Source: an uncultured Bacteroidota bacterium (GTDB taxonomy: Bacteria > Bacteroidota > Bacteroidia > UBA7662 > CAMTUB01). From it: a DNA stretch of 64,000 nt. This document shows positions 37,803 to 47,802 of the stretch, one piece after another. Positions within the stretch are counted from its first letter, which is position 1. Each line of letters begins with the position of its first letter. A program made the translations under genes and the position numbers. Under the pieces are notes generated by a model. That model made no database searches. It saw only the letters and a list, made by a program, of their open reading frames with translations, and was not told the DNA's origin. The stretch spans positions 72,924-136,923 of the forward strand of contig CAMTUB010000014.1 of NCBI GenBank assembly GCA_947084835.1, read 5' to 3'.

Positions 37803-39224
37803 TTAATCAGGGAATATTTTTCCTGGGTTTAAAATAGAATTTGGATCAAATACCTTTTTGATTCCTTTCATAAGGTTCATTTCAAACTCAGAAAAAATGA
37901 TGGGCATGTATTTTTTTTGAACTAAACCGATGCCGTGTTCTCCGGAAATGGTACCCTTTAAACTTTTCACAAATGCGAAAATTTCAGAAATCCCATGATT
38001 TATTGTTGAATTCCAGGTTTCATCATCCAAATCACCTTTTACAATATTTATGTGCAAATTGCCATCTCCAGCATGTCCATAACAAACCGATTCAAAACCA
38101 TAATTTACTCCAACCTCTTTCACTTTTGATAATAATTGGGGTAAAAAGGCTCGTGGAACAACGGTATCCTCTTCTTTATAAATAGATTTAGATTTTACAG
38201 CATGTGCAATATTTCGCCTAAGTTTCCAAAGTGCATCTTTTTGTTCAGCGGTATCTGCAAAAAGAATGTCTTCTACTTCGAATTGAGACAATACTTCATT
38301 TATTTTTTCGCAATCTGCAAAAAGTGTTTCTAAATGGTTTCCATCTACTTCAATAAGGAGGTGGGCTTCAATTTCATGAGAAATGTTTAGAGGGATATTC
38401 AAATAATCTGAAGCCCATTTTAAAGCGTTTTTTTCCATAAATTCTAAACACGATGGTGTAATTCCAGCTCTATAAATAGCTGAAACTGCTTCGCAAGCTT
38501 TGGTAGCGCTTGTAAATGGGGCAAGCATTACCAAGGAATGCATGGGTAATGGTATTAATTTTATTACAGCTTTTGTTACGATTGCCAAAGTTCCTTCAGA
38601 GCCAATTATAAGTTGTGTTAAATTATAGCCAGTTGCGTTTTTTAAGGTGTTAGACCCAGTCCAAATTATTTCACCAGTAGCTAATACTACTTCAAGATTT
38701 AAAATGAAGTCTTTAGTAACGCCATATTTAGCAGCTTTTGGACCTCCGGCATTTTCAGCAATATTTCCACCCATAAAACAGGCGCCTCTGCTTGATGGAT
38801 CTGGTGGATAAAAAAGGCCATGTTTTGCTACTTCTTCTTGAAAAACTTGAGTGATGACTCCCGTTTCTACTGTTGCTTGTAGGTTTTTTAAATCAATATC
38901 TATGATTTTATCGAACTTTTGCATCGAAAGAACAACGCCACCCATAATTGGTAAAGCGCCACCACTCAATCCAGTTCCTGCACCCCGTGTAGTTACCGGA
39001 ATTAAATTGGTATTACATAATATTAAAATTTCACTTATTTGTTGCCTGGTTGATGGCAGCAAAACTACTTCAGGATAATATTTCAAATCTTCAGTTTCAT
39101 CGTGAGCAAATGGTTCAAGGTCTTTTTGGGATGTTATCACGTTTTCTGAACCACAAATTTGTTTGAAAGCAGTTAAAACTTCATCAGAAACCATATTATA
39201 ATTGCTTGATATCGACATTTGCAC
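37803..39224 (-). CDS. FAD-linked oxidase (GlcD / D-lactate dehydrogenase-like)
   Basis: 473 aa. FAD_binding_4 region (TRGAGTGLSGGALP) and a C-terminal FAD-oxidase_C (GTISGEHGIG, DPNSILNPGK). Confidence 0.85.
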   Translation of the reverse strand: MQMSISSNYNMVSDEVLTAFKQICGSENVITSQKDLEPFAHDETEDLKYYPEVVLLPSTRQQISEILILCNTNLIPVTTRGAGTGLSGGALPIMGGVVLSMQKFDKIIDIDLKNLQATVETGVITQVFQEEVAKHGLFYPPDPSSRGACFMGGNIAENAGGPKAAKYGVTKDFILNLEVVLATGEIIWTGSNTLKNATGYNLTQLIIGSEGTLAIVTKAVIKLIPLPMHSLVMLAPFTSATKACEAVSAIYRAGITPSCLEFMEKNALKWASDYLNIPLNISHEIEAHLLIEVDGNHLETLFADCEKINEVLSQFEVEDILFADTAEQKDALWKLRRNIAHAVKSKSIYKEEDTVVPRAFLPQLLSKVKEVGVNYGFESVCYGHAGDGNLHINIVKGDLDDETWNSTINHGISEIFAFVKSLKGTISGEHGIGLVQKKYMPIIFSEFEMNLMKGIKKVFDPNSILNPGKIFPD

Positions 39225-39275
39225 AATTTAGTTTTAAAAAACAAAAATAAGGTTGGTGAATAGAAGGTTCGGGAT

Positions 39276-39283
39276 TAATTTTG
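39276..39283 (+). promoter_or_regulatory. Candidate -7 box (TAnnTTTG) upstream of the E2 gene
   Basis: TAATTTTG lies 21 nt upstream of ATG 39305. Confidence 0.3.
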
Positions 39284-39304
39284 ACAAGAATTTAAAAAGA
39301 CAAA

Positions 39305-40534
39305 ATGGCTGAGGTTATCAGAATGCCAAAAATGAGTGATACCATGACTGATGGTGTTATTGTAGAATGGCATAAGAAAGTGGGCGATGTTATTAAACCT
39401 GGTGATATTTTGGCGGATGTAGAAACTGACAAAGCCACAATGGAGCTTGAAAATTATGTAAAAGGAGTTTTGCTTTACATAGGGGTTGAAAAAGGGGGTA
39501 CTGTTCCTGTTGATAGCATTATTGCTATTGTTGGAAACGCTGGTGATGATTTCTCTTCACTTTTAAGCGAAACTGTTTCAACTGAAGCACCTAAAGAAAA
39601 TGTTGCAGAAACTAAAATAGAGGCTGCACCAGTAATTATTGAAACTAAATCTGCCCCTATTGATTCAGAAAAGGCAAATATTACCTCTACAGATAGAATC
39701 AAAGCATCACCATTAGCTAAAAAAATTGCACAAGATTTAGGATATAATTTACAATCTATTGCAGGATCAGGCGATGGTGGAAGAATTATTAAACAAGATG
39801 TAGAATCATATACTCCAATAAAAGGAGGGTCGCCTTTTTCAGGTACTGCAAGTGTTTCTTTTGATGAAGTACCTGTTAGTCAGATGCGCAAAATAATTGC
39901 AAAAAGATTGGCAGAAAGTAAGTTTTCAGCCCCCCATTTCTATTTAACGATAGATGTGGATATGGATAACGCTATGGAAGCTCGTAAAAAAATGAACGAA
40001 TTTTCTACTGTAAAAATATCATTCAATGATTTTGTAGTAAAGGCTTGTGCATTATCTCTTGTAAAACATCCAGTAATTAATTCTTCATGGTTAGGTGATA
40101 AAATACGTATAAATCATCATGTAAATATTGGAATTGCTGTTGCAGTTGAAGATGGATTATTGGTGCCAGTGGTTAGAAATACAGATACTAAATCTTTATC
40201 ACAAATATCAAGTGAGGTTAAAACTTTTGGACAAAAAGCAAAAGACAAAAAGCTACAGCCATCTGATTGGGAAGGAAATACATTTACTATTTCTAACTTA
40301 GGAATGTTTGGCATTGAAGAATTTACAGCTATCATAAATACACCAGACGCTTGTATTCTTGCAGTTGGTGCAATACGTAGCATTCCAGTTGTTAAAAAGG
40401 GGCAAGTTGTGCCAGGTAATAAAATGAAATTAACCCTTTCGTGCGACCATAGAGTAGTTGATGGTGCAAGTGGTGCAGCATTTTTACAATCTGTTAGGCA
40501 ATTCTTAGAGGAGCCTGTGAATATGTTAGTGTAA
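39305..40534 (+). CDS. 2-oxoacid (pyruvate-type) dehydrogenase E2, dihydrolipoamide acyltransferase
   Basis: Lipoyl domain (VETDKATMELE), E3-binding domain (ASPLAKKIAQDLGYNL), catalytic SCDHRVVDGA. Confidence 0.9.
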   Translation: MAEVIRMPKMSDTMTDGVIVEWHKKVGDVIKPGDILADVETDKATMELENYVKGVLLYIGVEKGGTVPVDSIIAIVGNAGDDFSSLLSETVSTEAPKENVAETKIEAAPVIIETKSAPIDSEKANITSTDRIKASPLAKKIAQDLGYNLQSIAGSGDGGRIIKQDVESYTPIKGGSPFSGTASVSFDEVPVSQMRKIIAKRLAESKFSAPHFYLTIDVDMDNAMEARKKMNEFSTVKISFNDFVVKACALSLVKHPVINSSWLGDKIRINHHVNIGIAVAVEDGLLVPVVRNTDTKSLSQISSEVKTFGQKAKDKKLQPSDWEGNTFTISNLGMFGIEEFTAIINTPDACILAVGAIRSIPVVKKGQVVPGNKMKLTLSCDHRVVDGASGAAFLQSVRQFLEEPVNMLV

Positions 40535-40555
40535 ATAATTACTTTAACTTTAAAT

Positions 40556-40586
40556 AAAAAGGGCGCAGCATGCGCCCTTTTTATTT
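40556..40586 (+). terminator. Intrinsic terminator after the E2 gene
   Basis: AAAAAGGGCGCAGCATGCGCCCTTTTTATTT: a GC-rich stem followed by a U-tract. Confidence 0.7.
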
Positions 40587-40661
40587 AAAATGATAATTTC
40601 TTACATTAAAAATCAATTAATTATATGAATATTATTAAATTCACTGCAATATTCAGAAGTT

Positions 40662-43600
40662 ATGAAATTATTTGTACGAATACTTTTTATCGGGTTTACT
40701 TTTCTCTCTTATTCTGTGTTTTCGCAAGAATGGGCTAATAAATTAAATGACCCAAAAGCAAACTTTTACGATGTTCAGCAAGAGTTTAATCAATATTGGA
40801 AAGATAAAACACCAGAGAAAGGAAAAGGCTATAAGGCTTTTAAACGCTGGGAAAATTTCATGGAACAAAGGGTTTACCCAACCGGTAACCGTGCAGTTCT
40901 TAATAATTTATGGCCTGAATATCAAAATAAGTTAAAAACTGCAAAAAATAACACTACTGAAAGTTCTGCAAACTGGACCCCAATGGGACCCGTAAATGTA
41001 CCCGCGAATGGATTGTCGTATCAAAGTGGAGGGATAGGCAGATTAAATAATATCGCATTTAGTCCTGGTTCATCAACAACATTTTGGGTAGGAAGCCCAG
41101 CAGGAGGTTTATGGAAAACTACCAATGGCGGAACTTCTTGGACAAGTAATACCGATGCTTTACCCAATTTAGGCGTTTCGGATATTGCAATTCACCCAAT
41201 TAATCCTGATACAATGTTTATTGCAACGGGAGATTCTGATGGTTCAGATACTTATTCTTACGGTATTTTAAGATCAACGGATGGTGGTTTGACATGGGTG
41301 CAATCTGGATTAACGTTTAATGTAACATCTTATGTTAAGGTTGCTAGAGTAATCATACACCCAACTATCCCCAATATATTATTGGCGGCAACTACAAATG
41401 GTATGTATAGGTCATTGAATTCAGGTGTAAACTGGACGTTAGTTTCAAATGCTAACTACAAATCAGTTGAGTTTAAGCCAGGAGATCCAACTGTTGTTTA
41501 TGGTGCAACTTACGATAACAGTGGAGCAGCTAAAGTGTATCGTTCAGTAAATACAGGGCTAAATTGGAGTTTAGCTAGTACAGGATTGCCTACTTCAAAT
41601 GCATTGAGAATTGATTTAGCGGTGACTCCTGCAAATTCAAATTATATTTATGCAGTTATATGCAACACTTCAAATGGATTAAATGGAGTGTATCGTTCAA
41701 CAGATTCTGGAGGTTCTTGGACTTTGCAAACATCTACTCCTAATTTACTTCATTCTACTGTAGATGGATCAGGTTCAGGAGGCCAAGGTTGGTTCGACTT
41801 AACTATTGCTGTTTCTCCTTTAGATGCCAATTTAGTATACGTAGGAGGGATAAATATTTGGAAATCGACCAACGGTGGTTTGAGTTTTTCAATTGCAAGC
41901 CATTGGTATGGTGATGCTGGAAATCCGTTTGTACATGCTGATCAGCATAAGTTAAAATTTATGCCAAATACTTCTACCTTGTTTTCATGTAACGATGGTG
42001 GTTTGGCTAAAACAACCAATGGAGCATCTACATGGACAACCCATAGCAACACTTTAAGCATATCACAGTTTTATAGAATTGGAACATCGGCAACAAACGG
42101 GAATTTATTTTACTTAGGTGCGCAAGATAATGGAACAATGCGAAGCTCAAGTTCGACATGGACGGGAGTATATGGTGGCGATGGAATGGAATGTTTGGTT
42201 GATTACTCAAATTCAAATATTGCTTATGTTTCTACACAAAATGGATCGATAAACCGAACAACCAATGGCGGAAGTTCGTTTTCAAATATTTCTTCTAGAA
42301 CAGGAGCTTGGGTAACCCCTTATATTATTCATCCTACTGTTCCAACTACGCTTTTTGCTGGATATGAAAACGTATACAAAACAACTGATTCTGGAAATTC
42401 TTGGACGGCTATCTCTACAAATTTGACTGGAAGTGGTTCAACCTACTTACGATCTTTAGCCATTGCCCCTAGTAACGGAAACTATATTTATGCTGCTACT
42501 TATTCTAAAATTTGGAAATCAACAAATGGCGGCACAAGTTGGGTTGATATTACCTCAGGATTACCTACATCATCAGCTTCGCTAACCTACATAACCGTAT
42601 CAGCAACGAACCCAGATAATATTTATGTTACCTTTTCAGGATACTCGTTTGGCAATAAAGTATTTACATCTACCAATGGTGGCAGTTCTTGGAACAACTA
42701 TTCAACAGGTTTACCAAATATTCCCGTTAACTGTATTGTGTACGAAAAAAACACACCCGATGCCGTTTATATAGGCACAGATTTAGGAGTTTATTACCGA
42801 AATTCAACGCTATCAACTTGGCAAGATTTTAGCCAAGGATTACCAAATGTTGAAGTAAGTGAGCTTGAAATTCAATATTCAAACAAAAAAATATACGCAG
42901 CCTCTTACGGTAGAGGATTATGGTCGTCCAATTTGTTTAGTTTGATAACCAATGATGCAGGAATGCTTGGGGTTACTAGCCCGGCTCAAAATTCGTGCCC
43001 TGGAAATTTATCTGTAAAGGCAAATTTGACAAATTATTCAACCACTGTATTAAATAATGTAACCGTTAATTGGAGCGTGAATGGGGTTATTCAGCCCGTT
43101 GTGAATTGGGTTGGAAGCCTGAGTACTGGATCTCAAGTAATTGTTACACTGGGTAATTATTCTTTTACGAGTAATCCATCCAGTTATACTATTCAAACTT
43201 GGACAACCTTGCCTAACGGATCAGTGGATGTTGACCCGAGCAATGACTCAGTTGAAGCTGTTTTAGAAATTAATAATAATGTACAAGTATTTGTAAGTTC
43301 AAATCCAACAAGTATTTGTGCTGGTAAAAACACTAACCTATCAAGTCAAGTTAATAACTTGAAAGAAAATTTAAAAATTACTGAAGTTTCACAGTTTATT
43401 ACAGGAACAGGCCAAACGCCTGTAATTCCACCCTATTTTAATGCCACAGGCGGTGTTGAAGACTTTGTTGAGATAAGTAATTTAAGTGCTGTAGCTCCTT
43501 TAGATGTTAGCGGTGTTTTGTTCGAGCTTTGGAAGTCTACCTCTATGGATAGGTTTTTTTCAATACCAAACGGAACCATTTTGCCTCCACAATCTACTTT

Positions 43601-46600
43601 GATTTTGCATTTAGGAACAGGTACAGATAATTTGCCAAATCTATTTTTCAATACAGGAGGGTTAACAAACTCACTTGTATCTGCTGATTTAGCAGGTTTT
43701 GTAATTAAAAAGGGTGGTGTTGTTATTGATGCAGCAGCGACAAATGGCTATGCTTTCCCAGCATTCTCGCTTGTAACAACTTCAGATTGGTCTGGTTCTG
43801 TTTCAAATTCGGCTGGTAGAGCTGGTATTATTCGAACAGCTTCAACTGATAACAATACTGCAGCAAATTGGATACCTTCAAATACACCAAGCCCATTGCA
43901 ATCCTTAGGAACTTATAATGGAATTTATACTCCTTTCGTAGTTAGTGTATCCTCCTATGTGTGGAGTCCATCAACTTATTTGAGCTCAACATCATCAGCA
44001 TCTCCAACAGCAAGTAATGTTACAAATTCCATTACCTATTTATTAAATATCAATACACCAACAGGTTGTGGTGCATCAACTTCTTATTTATTAAATGTTA
44101 ACCAAAATCCTAGTTCTGTAGTAGCCGCTAATAGCCCAGTGTGTACTGGAGATTCATTGAGATTGAACGCAACGGGGGGAATTGCTTACTCTTGGACAGG
44201 TCCAAATGGATTTTCGTCCGTTGCACAAAACCCAATCCTATATGCTCCAAGCTCAATAATTGCAGGGACATATAATGTAACAGTTTTTGGAAATTTTGGA
44301 TGTACTACAACAAAGAGTGTATCGGTTTCTGTAAAATCAGCAGGGCTTACTGGAGTTTCATCTAACTCTCCAGTGTGCGAAGGGGCAAATTTAAATCTTA
44401 TTGCAACAGGCACTGGTTCATTTCTTTGGACTGGGCCAAATAGTTATTCAACAATCACTAAAAATCCAACAATTACAAACGTAACTTTAAATAAAGCAGG
44501 GCTTTACAATTTGAAAATTACAGATACTTCGGGTTGTGTAATTATAAAAAACATAATTGTAGATGTTAATCCATCGCCACAAAATGCTATTGCAACAGCA
44601 AGTTCTACCTCAATTTGCAAAGGATCTTCTGTAAATTTAGATATCAACGCACAAATTTCTGGAGTGCAAAGTGTTTTATTTTCACATGATTTTAATGCTT
44701 CAAATAATGGATGGTCGGGAGTAAATAGTTCTACAGGATTGAACATTGCAGACGCAGCTTGGACCCTTCGGGCGAGCCCATACTTGTATACTACTGAAAC
44801 ATTTAACAGCGGTGATGCACAATTTTATTTATCAAATAGCGATGCACAAGGTGCTGGTTCTGTTACAAATACTTTTTTAACATCTCCTGCATTTTCGACA
44901 TTAAATTATAGTTCACTTTGGCTTAAATTTAATCATCATTACAAAGCATTTACTGCAGATTCAGCATTAGTTCAAATTTCAACCAATGGAACAAGTTGGA
45001 TTACCCTTAAATCGTACTCTACAAACCAAGGCTCAACCCAAACATTTGTTTCGGATAGTGTTAACATAACTACATATGCTGGTTTGCCAACAGTATTTAT
45101 CCGCTACCGGTATTATGCAAATTACGGTTGGTTTTGGGCTATAGATAATCCAACTGTTTACGGTTTATCTACGCCAGCGCAAATAAGTTATTCTTGGACT
45201 TCCAATACATCGGGGTATACTTCATTTATTAAAAATCCAGTAGGAGTAGTTACCAATTCAACCACCATATATACAGGAAAGGTTATTAATAGTTTGAGTG
45301 GTTGCTTTGGAACAGCCTCAGTTACAGTAAACATTAAGCCAAAAACTTTAGTTATTTCATCAAACAGTCCTGTATGTTTGGGTAATTCACTGCAATTGTT
45401 TTCTTCTGCAGGATTAGGTTATCAGTGGACTGGTCCAAATGGCTTTTCATCTGCAATTCGGAATCCAACAATTTCGAACATTACTTCGGCAGACGCAGGC
45501 GATTACATTATTAGTCATACCGACTTATCAGGCTGTATTTATGAGGATACGCTAAAGGTTTTAGTTTCGAACAATATTGTTCCATCGATAGTCATTCAAA
45601 CTTCAACCCCAACGATTTGTTCTGGAACATCAGTTACTTTTTTAGCTTCTGCAGCAAATGGTGGAACATCACCTATTTATACTTGGAGAGTTAATTCAAC
45701 GGTAGCAGGAACAAACTCACCCATTTTTACTTCGAACACATTAGGGAATAATGATGTAGTTACTTGCGAAATGCAAAGTAGCGATTCGTGTGCTGCACCA
45801 AAGAAAATCACTTCAAACGGAATTTCTATGTCAGTTACTCCAAGTGTTTCTCCATCTATTTCTGTTTTGCCAAGTGCAAATACTATTTGTTCAGGAGAAA
45901 GTGTAACATTTGTTTCTACCACTAACAATCAAGGAACAAATCCGGTATATACTTGGAAAGTTAATAATGTTATTAAAGGGACAAATTCTCCATTTTTCAC
46001 GTACACGCTTTTCCAAAATAACGATGTAGTTACTTGCGAATTAACAAGCAATGCTTTATGTGCATCTCCGTTAAAGGTCACATCAGCTGGCATTACTATG
46101 ACTGTAAATCCAATATTAACTCCAACGATATCTGTGGTTGCACCAAAACCAGTTATTTGTTTGGGTGAAAGTTTAGTGTTAAAAACAAGTTTTTCAAATC
46201 AAGGAGTTAGCCCTGTTTTTGCTTGGTTTAAAAATGGAAATGCAATTGCTAATTCAAATGCTGATACTTTATCAATTTCTAATCCAAGTGCAAACGATAC
46301 TTACAGTTGTTTATTAACTATTAATGCGCCTTGTTTTACTGTAAATAGTGCAAATTCGAATGTAGTTCAACTGAATGTGGTAAATCCGATTAAACCTACT
46401 ATTGCTAGAAACGGAATGATATTGAGTACTGTTTTGCCTGCAATTAGTTATCAGTGGTTCATGAACAACAATAAATTGATTCCTGAAACCAATAGCACAT
46501 TGAACGTAACGGTAAATGGATTTTATCAAGTATTAACCAAGGATACATCGAGTTGTTTTGCTATGTCAGATTCATTTAATGTAAATAATGTAGCCGTTTC

Positions 46601-46856
46601 TACATTAAATAAATTGCATAAAGTAACACTTTGGCCAAATCCAACTCAAAATCAGCTTTATTTTGCGTTTGATGGTATTGAAAGTATCTCTGTACAAATA
46701 ATGAGTGTGGATGGGAAAGTGATGTTACGTAGAAATAAAATGGTACATGGAGATAAATTAAACCTAGATGGGATATTGTCGGATGGAGTTTACTTCGTGC
46801 ATATTATTTACGACAATGCTTTACAAGTTGAAAAACTGATAAAGGTTAGAAACTAA
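40662..46856 (+). CDS. Giant multidomain secreted protein with a T9SS type A (Por_Secre_tail) C-terminal sorting domain
   Basis: 2064 aa. Signal peptide, 11 Asp-box-like motifs (S/T-x-D/N-G-G-x-S/T-W), a lamin-tail-like domain (EDFVEISN), three 'WTGPN' Ig-like modules, a jelly-roll (MAM/choice-of-anchor-like) insert, four Cys-rich modules, and the CTD LWPNPTQNQLYF...GVYFVHI. Confidence 0.85.
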   Translation: MKLFVRILFIGFTFLSYSVFSQEWANKLNDPKANFYDVQQEFNQYWKDKTPEKGKGYKAFKRWENFMEQRVYPTGNRAVLNNLWPEYQNKLKTAKNNTTESSANWTPMGPVNVPANGLSYQSGGIGRLNNIAFSPGSSTTFWVGSPAGGLWKTTNGGTSWTSNTDALPNLGVSDIAIHPINPDTMFIATGDSDGSDTYSYGILRSTDGGLTWVQSGLTFNVTSYVKVARVIIHPTIPNILLAATTNGMYRSLNSGVNWTLVSNANYKSVEFKPGDPTVVYGATYDNSGAAKVYRSVNTGLNWSLASTGLPTSNALRIDLAVTPANSNYIYAVICNTSNGLNGVYRSTDSGGSWTLQTSTPNLLHSTVDGSGSGGQGWFDLTIAVSPLDANLVYVGGINIWKSTNGGLSFSIASHWYGDAGNPFVHADQHKLKFMPNTSTLFSCNDGGLAKTTNGASTWTTHSNTLSISQFYRIGTSATNGNLFYLGAQDNGTMRSSSSTWTGVYGGDGMECLVDYSNSNIAYVSTQNGSINRTTNGGSSFSNISSRTGAWVTPYIIHPTVPTTLFAGYENVYKTTDSGNSWTAISTNLTGSGSTYLRSLAIAPSNGNYIYAATYSKIWKSTNGGTSWVDITSGLPTSSASLTYITVSATNPDNIYVTFSGYSFGNKVFTSTNGGSSWNNYSTGLPNIPVNCIVYEKNTPDAVYIGTDLGVYYRNSTLSTWQDFSQGLPNVEVSELEIQYSNKKIYAASYGRGLWSSNLFSLITNDAGMLGVTSPAQNSCPGNLSVKANLTNYSTTVLNNVTVNWSVNGVIQPVVNWVGSLSTGSQVIVTLGNYSFTSNPSSYTIQTWTTLPNGSVDVDPSNDSVEAVLEINNNVQVFVSSNPTSICAGKNTNLSSQVNNLKENLKITEVSQFITGTGQTPVIPPYFNATGGVEDFVEISNLSAVAPLDVSGVLFELWKSTSMDRFFSIPNGTILPPQSTLILHLGTGTDNLPNLFFNTGGLTNSLVSADLAGFVIKKGGVVIDAAATNGYAFPAFSLVTTSDWSGSVSNSAGRAGIIRTASTDNNTAANWIPSNTPSPLQSLGTYNGIYTPFVVSVSSYVWSPSTYLSSTSSASPTASNVTNSITYLLNINTPTGCGASTSYLLNVNQNPSSVVAANSPVCTGDSLRLNATGGIAYSWTGPNGFSSVAQNPILYAPSSIIAGTYNVTVFGNFGCTTTKSVSVSVKSAGLTGVSSNSPVCEGANLNLIATGTGSFLWTGPNSYSTITKNPTITNVTLNKAGLYNLKITDTSGCVIIKNIIVDVNPSPQNAIATASSTSICKGSSVNLDINAQISGVQSVLFSHDFNASNNGWSGVNSSTGLNIADAAWTLRASPYLYTTETFNSGDAQFYLSNSDAQGAGSVTNTFLTSPAFSTLNYSSLWLKFNHHYKAFTADSALVQISTNGTSWITLKSYSTNQGSTQTFVSDSVNITTYAGLPTVFIRYRYYANYGWFWAIDNPTVYGLSTPAQISYSWTSNTSGYTSFIKNPVGVVTNSTTIYTGKVINSLSGCFGTASVTVNIKPKTLVISSNSPVCLGNSLQLFSSAGLGYQWTGPNGFSSAIRNPTISNITSADAGDYIISHTDLSGCIYEDTLKVLVSNNIVPSIVIQTSTPTICSGTSVTFLASAANGGTSPIYTWRVNSTVAGTNSPIFTSNTLGNNDVVTCEMQSSDSCAAPKKITSNGISMSVTPSVSPSISVLPSANTICSGESVTFVSTTNNQGTNPVYTWKVNNVIKGTNSPFFTYTLFQNNDVVTCELTSNALCASPLKVTSAGITMTVNPILTPTISVVAPKPVICLGESLVLKTSFSNQGVSPVFAWFKNGNAIANSNADTLSISNPSANDTYSCLLTINAPCFTVNSANSNVVQLNVVNPIKPTIARNGMILSTVLPAISYQWFMNNNKLIPETNSTLNVTVNGFYQVLTKDTSSCFAMSDSFNVNNVAVSTLNKLHKVTLWPNPTQNQLYFAFDGIESISVQIMSVDGKVMLRRNKMVHGDKLNLDGILSDGVYFVHIIYDNALQVEKLIKVRN
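46623..46853 (+). other. T9SS type A sorting domain-coding segment of the 40662..46856 gene
   Basis: VTLWPNPTQNQLYFAFDG...VQIMSVDGKVM...LSDGVYFVHIIYDNALQVEKLIKV. Confidence 0.8.
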
Positions 46857-46892
46857 AAAAGAAGAGCGCTGATATCAGCGCTCTTCTTTTTT
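46855..46892. terminator. Bidirectional intrinsic terminator between convergent genes
   Basis: AAAAAAGAAGAGCGCTGATATCAGCGCTCTTCTTTTTT: a perfect palindromic stem flanked by A- and T-tracts. Confidence 0.7.
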
Positions 46893-47412
46893 AGTTTTCT
46901 GTTAATACGTGGTCTGCAACATCTAAGTACCCAAATTCACCAAATAACCGCGAAACAAATCGTTGGTTTTTGTCGAAATAAAAGGCTAATGGGTAAGATT
47001 CTTCACCAAAAAAGGTATAGAATTGTTGGTCCGGATCAGAAAGTAAAAAAACATTAGGCTGATTCCATAATTTTAATTTCTGAGCAAAAGCTGCATATTC
47101 ATTTAGAGGCGCAGAGCTAATGATAACAATGTTTGTATTAGAAAATTGTTGAATGTTTTTTCCAATTCCTTCTGATATTTCAACGCAATGGCTGCAATTA
47201 ATATTAACGTGTAAAACCAAGGTGCTTTTGTTGCTGCGCAGCATAGTTGAATTAATCACTTTGCCGTTAATGTCTTTAAACTCAAAATATGGAAGTTTTT
47301 CCATTTTTGAGGCATTAAAAAATCGAGGAGCAATTACTTCAGTATAAAGTAAATAGGATGCGATAAAAACTGAAATCGCTAAAATTCCAAATTTCAAAAA
47401 TCTTTCGAGCAT
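46891..47412 (-). CDS. Thioredoxin-fold (TlpA/redoxin-like) membrane-anchored protein
   Basis: 173 aa. N-terminal signal-anchor and a CSHC (CxxC) motif in LVLHVNINCSHCVEI. Confidence 0.6.
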   Translation of the reverse strand: MLERFLKFGILAISVFIASYLLYTEVIAPRFFNASKMEKLPYFEFKDINGKVINSTMLRSNKSTLVLHVNINCSHCVEISEGIGKNIQQFSNTNIVIISSAPLNEYAAFAQKLKLWNQPNVFLLSDPDQQFYTFFGEESYPLAFYFDKNQRFVSRLFGEFGYLDVADHVLTEN

Positions 47413-47415
47413 AGT

Positions 47416-47802
47416 TTATAAGTCCTGCGCAAAAGTAAGCATATATCCGTTGGGGTCTGAAATAGTAAATTCAACCGTATTGTAAAAAGTTTTTGATGGG
47501 GAATGAACGATTGATATCCCTAATTGTAAAACAGAGGCGTAAAGGGTTAAAGCATCAGATACGTCTATGTAAAGGATTGAAGTTGAAATAGTGTCAAGGT
47601 TTTTAGCAAAGGGCAAACTCTCAGTAAAGCTTTCACGAGATTGAAACATGAGTGTAACATTTCCCGACTTCAACATCATCCATTGCAAATTGCCTTCTTC
47701 AGGAATTGCATGGACAACTTCAAACCCAATTTTAAAATAAAAATCTTTGGTAATCTCCATATCTGAGGCCATCAGATTTGGAGCAAGTGCTTTATAAATC
47801 AA
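47416..47802 (-). CDS. VOC family (glyoxalase/bleomycin-resistance fold) protein
   Basis: 128 aa. The pattern L.V.D.....FY..IGF and a C-terminal DPNGYMLTF are typical of the fold. Confidence 0.6.
   Translation of the reverse strand: MIYKALAPNLMASDMEITKDFYFKIGFEVVHAIPEEGNLQWMMLKSGNVTLMFQSRESFTESLPFAKNLDTISTSILYIDVSDALTLYASVLQLGISIVHSPSKTFYNTVEFTISDPNGYMLTFAQDL

Noticed and set aside
32720-46400. Repeat modules of the two giant genes, considered as recombination or phase-variation cassettes or a DGR target
   Set aside because: The modules are similar only at the protein-motif level. The longest identical DNA stretch I found between modules is about 18 nt (GATGTAGTTACTTGCGAA). No reverse transcriptase, invertase or template repeat is present.
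46861-46886. Perfect 26-bp palindrome, considered as a mobile-element end or a protein-binding site
   Set aside because: It is flanked by A6 and T6 tracts exactly between two convergent stop codons, and it occurs only once in the window. A bidirectional intrinsic terminator is the simplest explanation.
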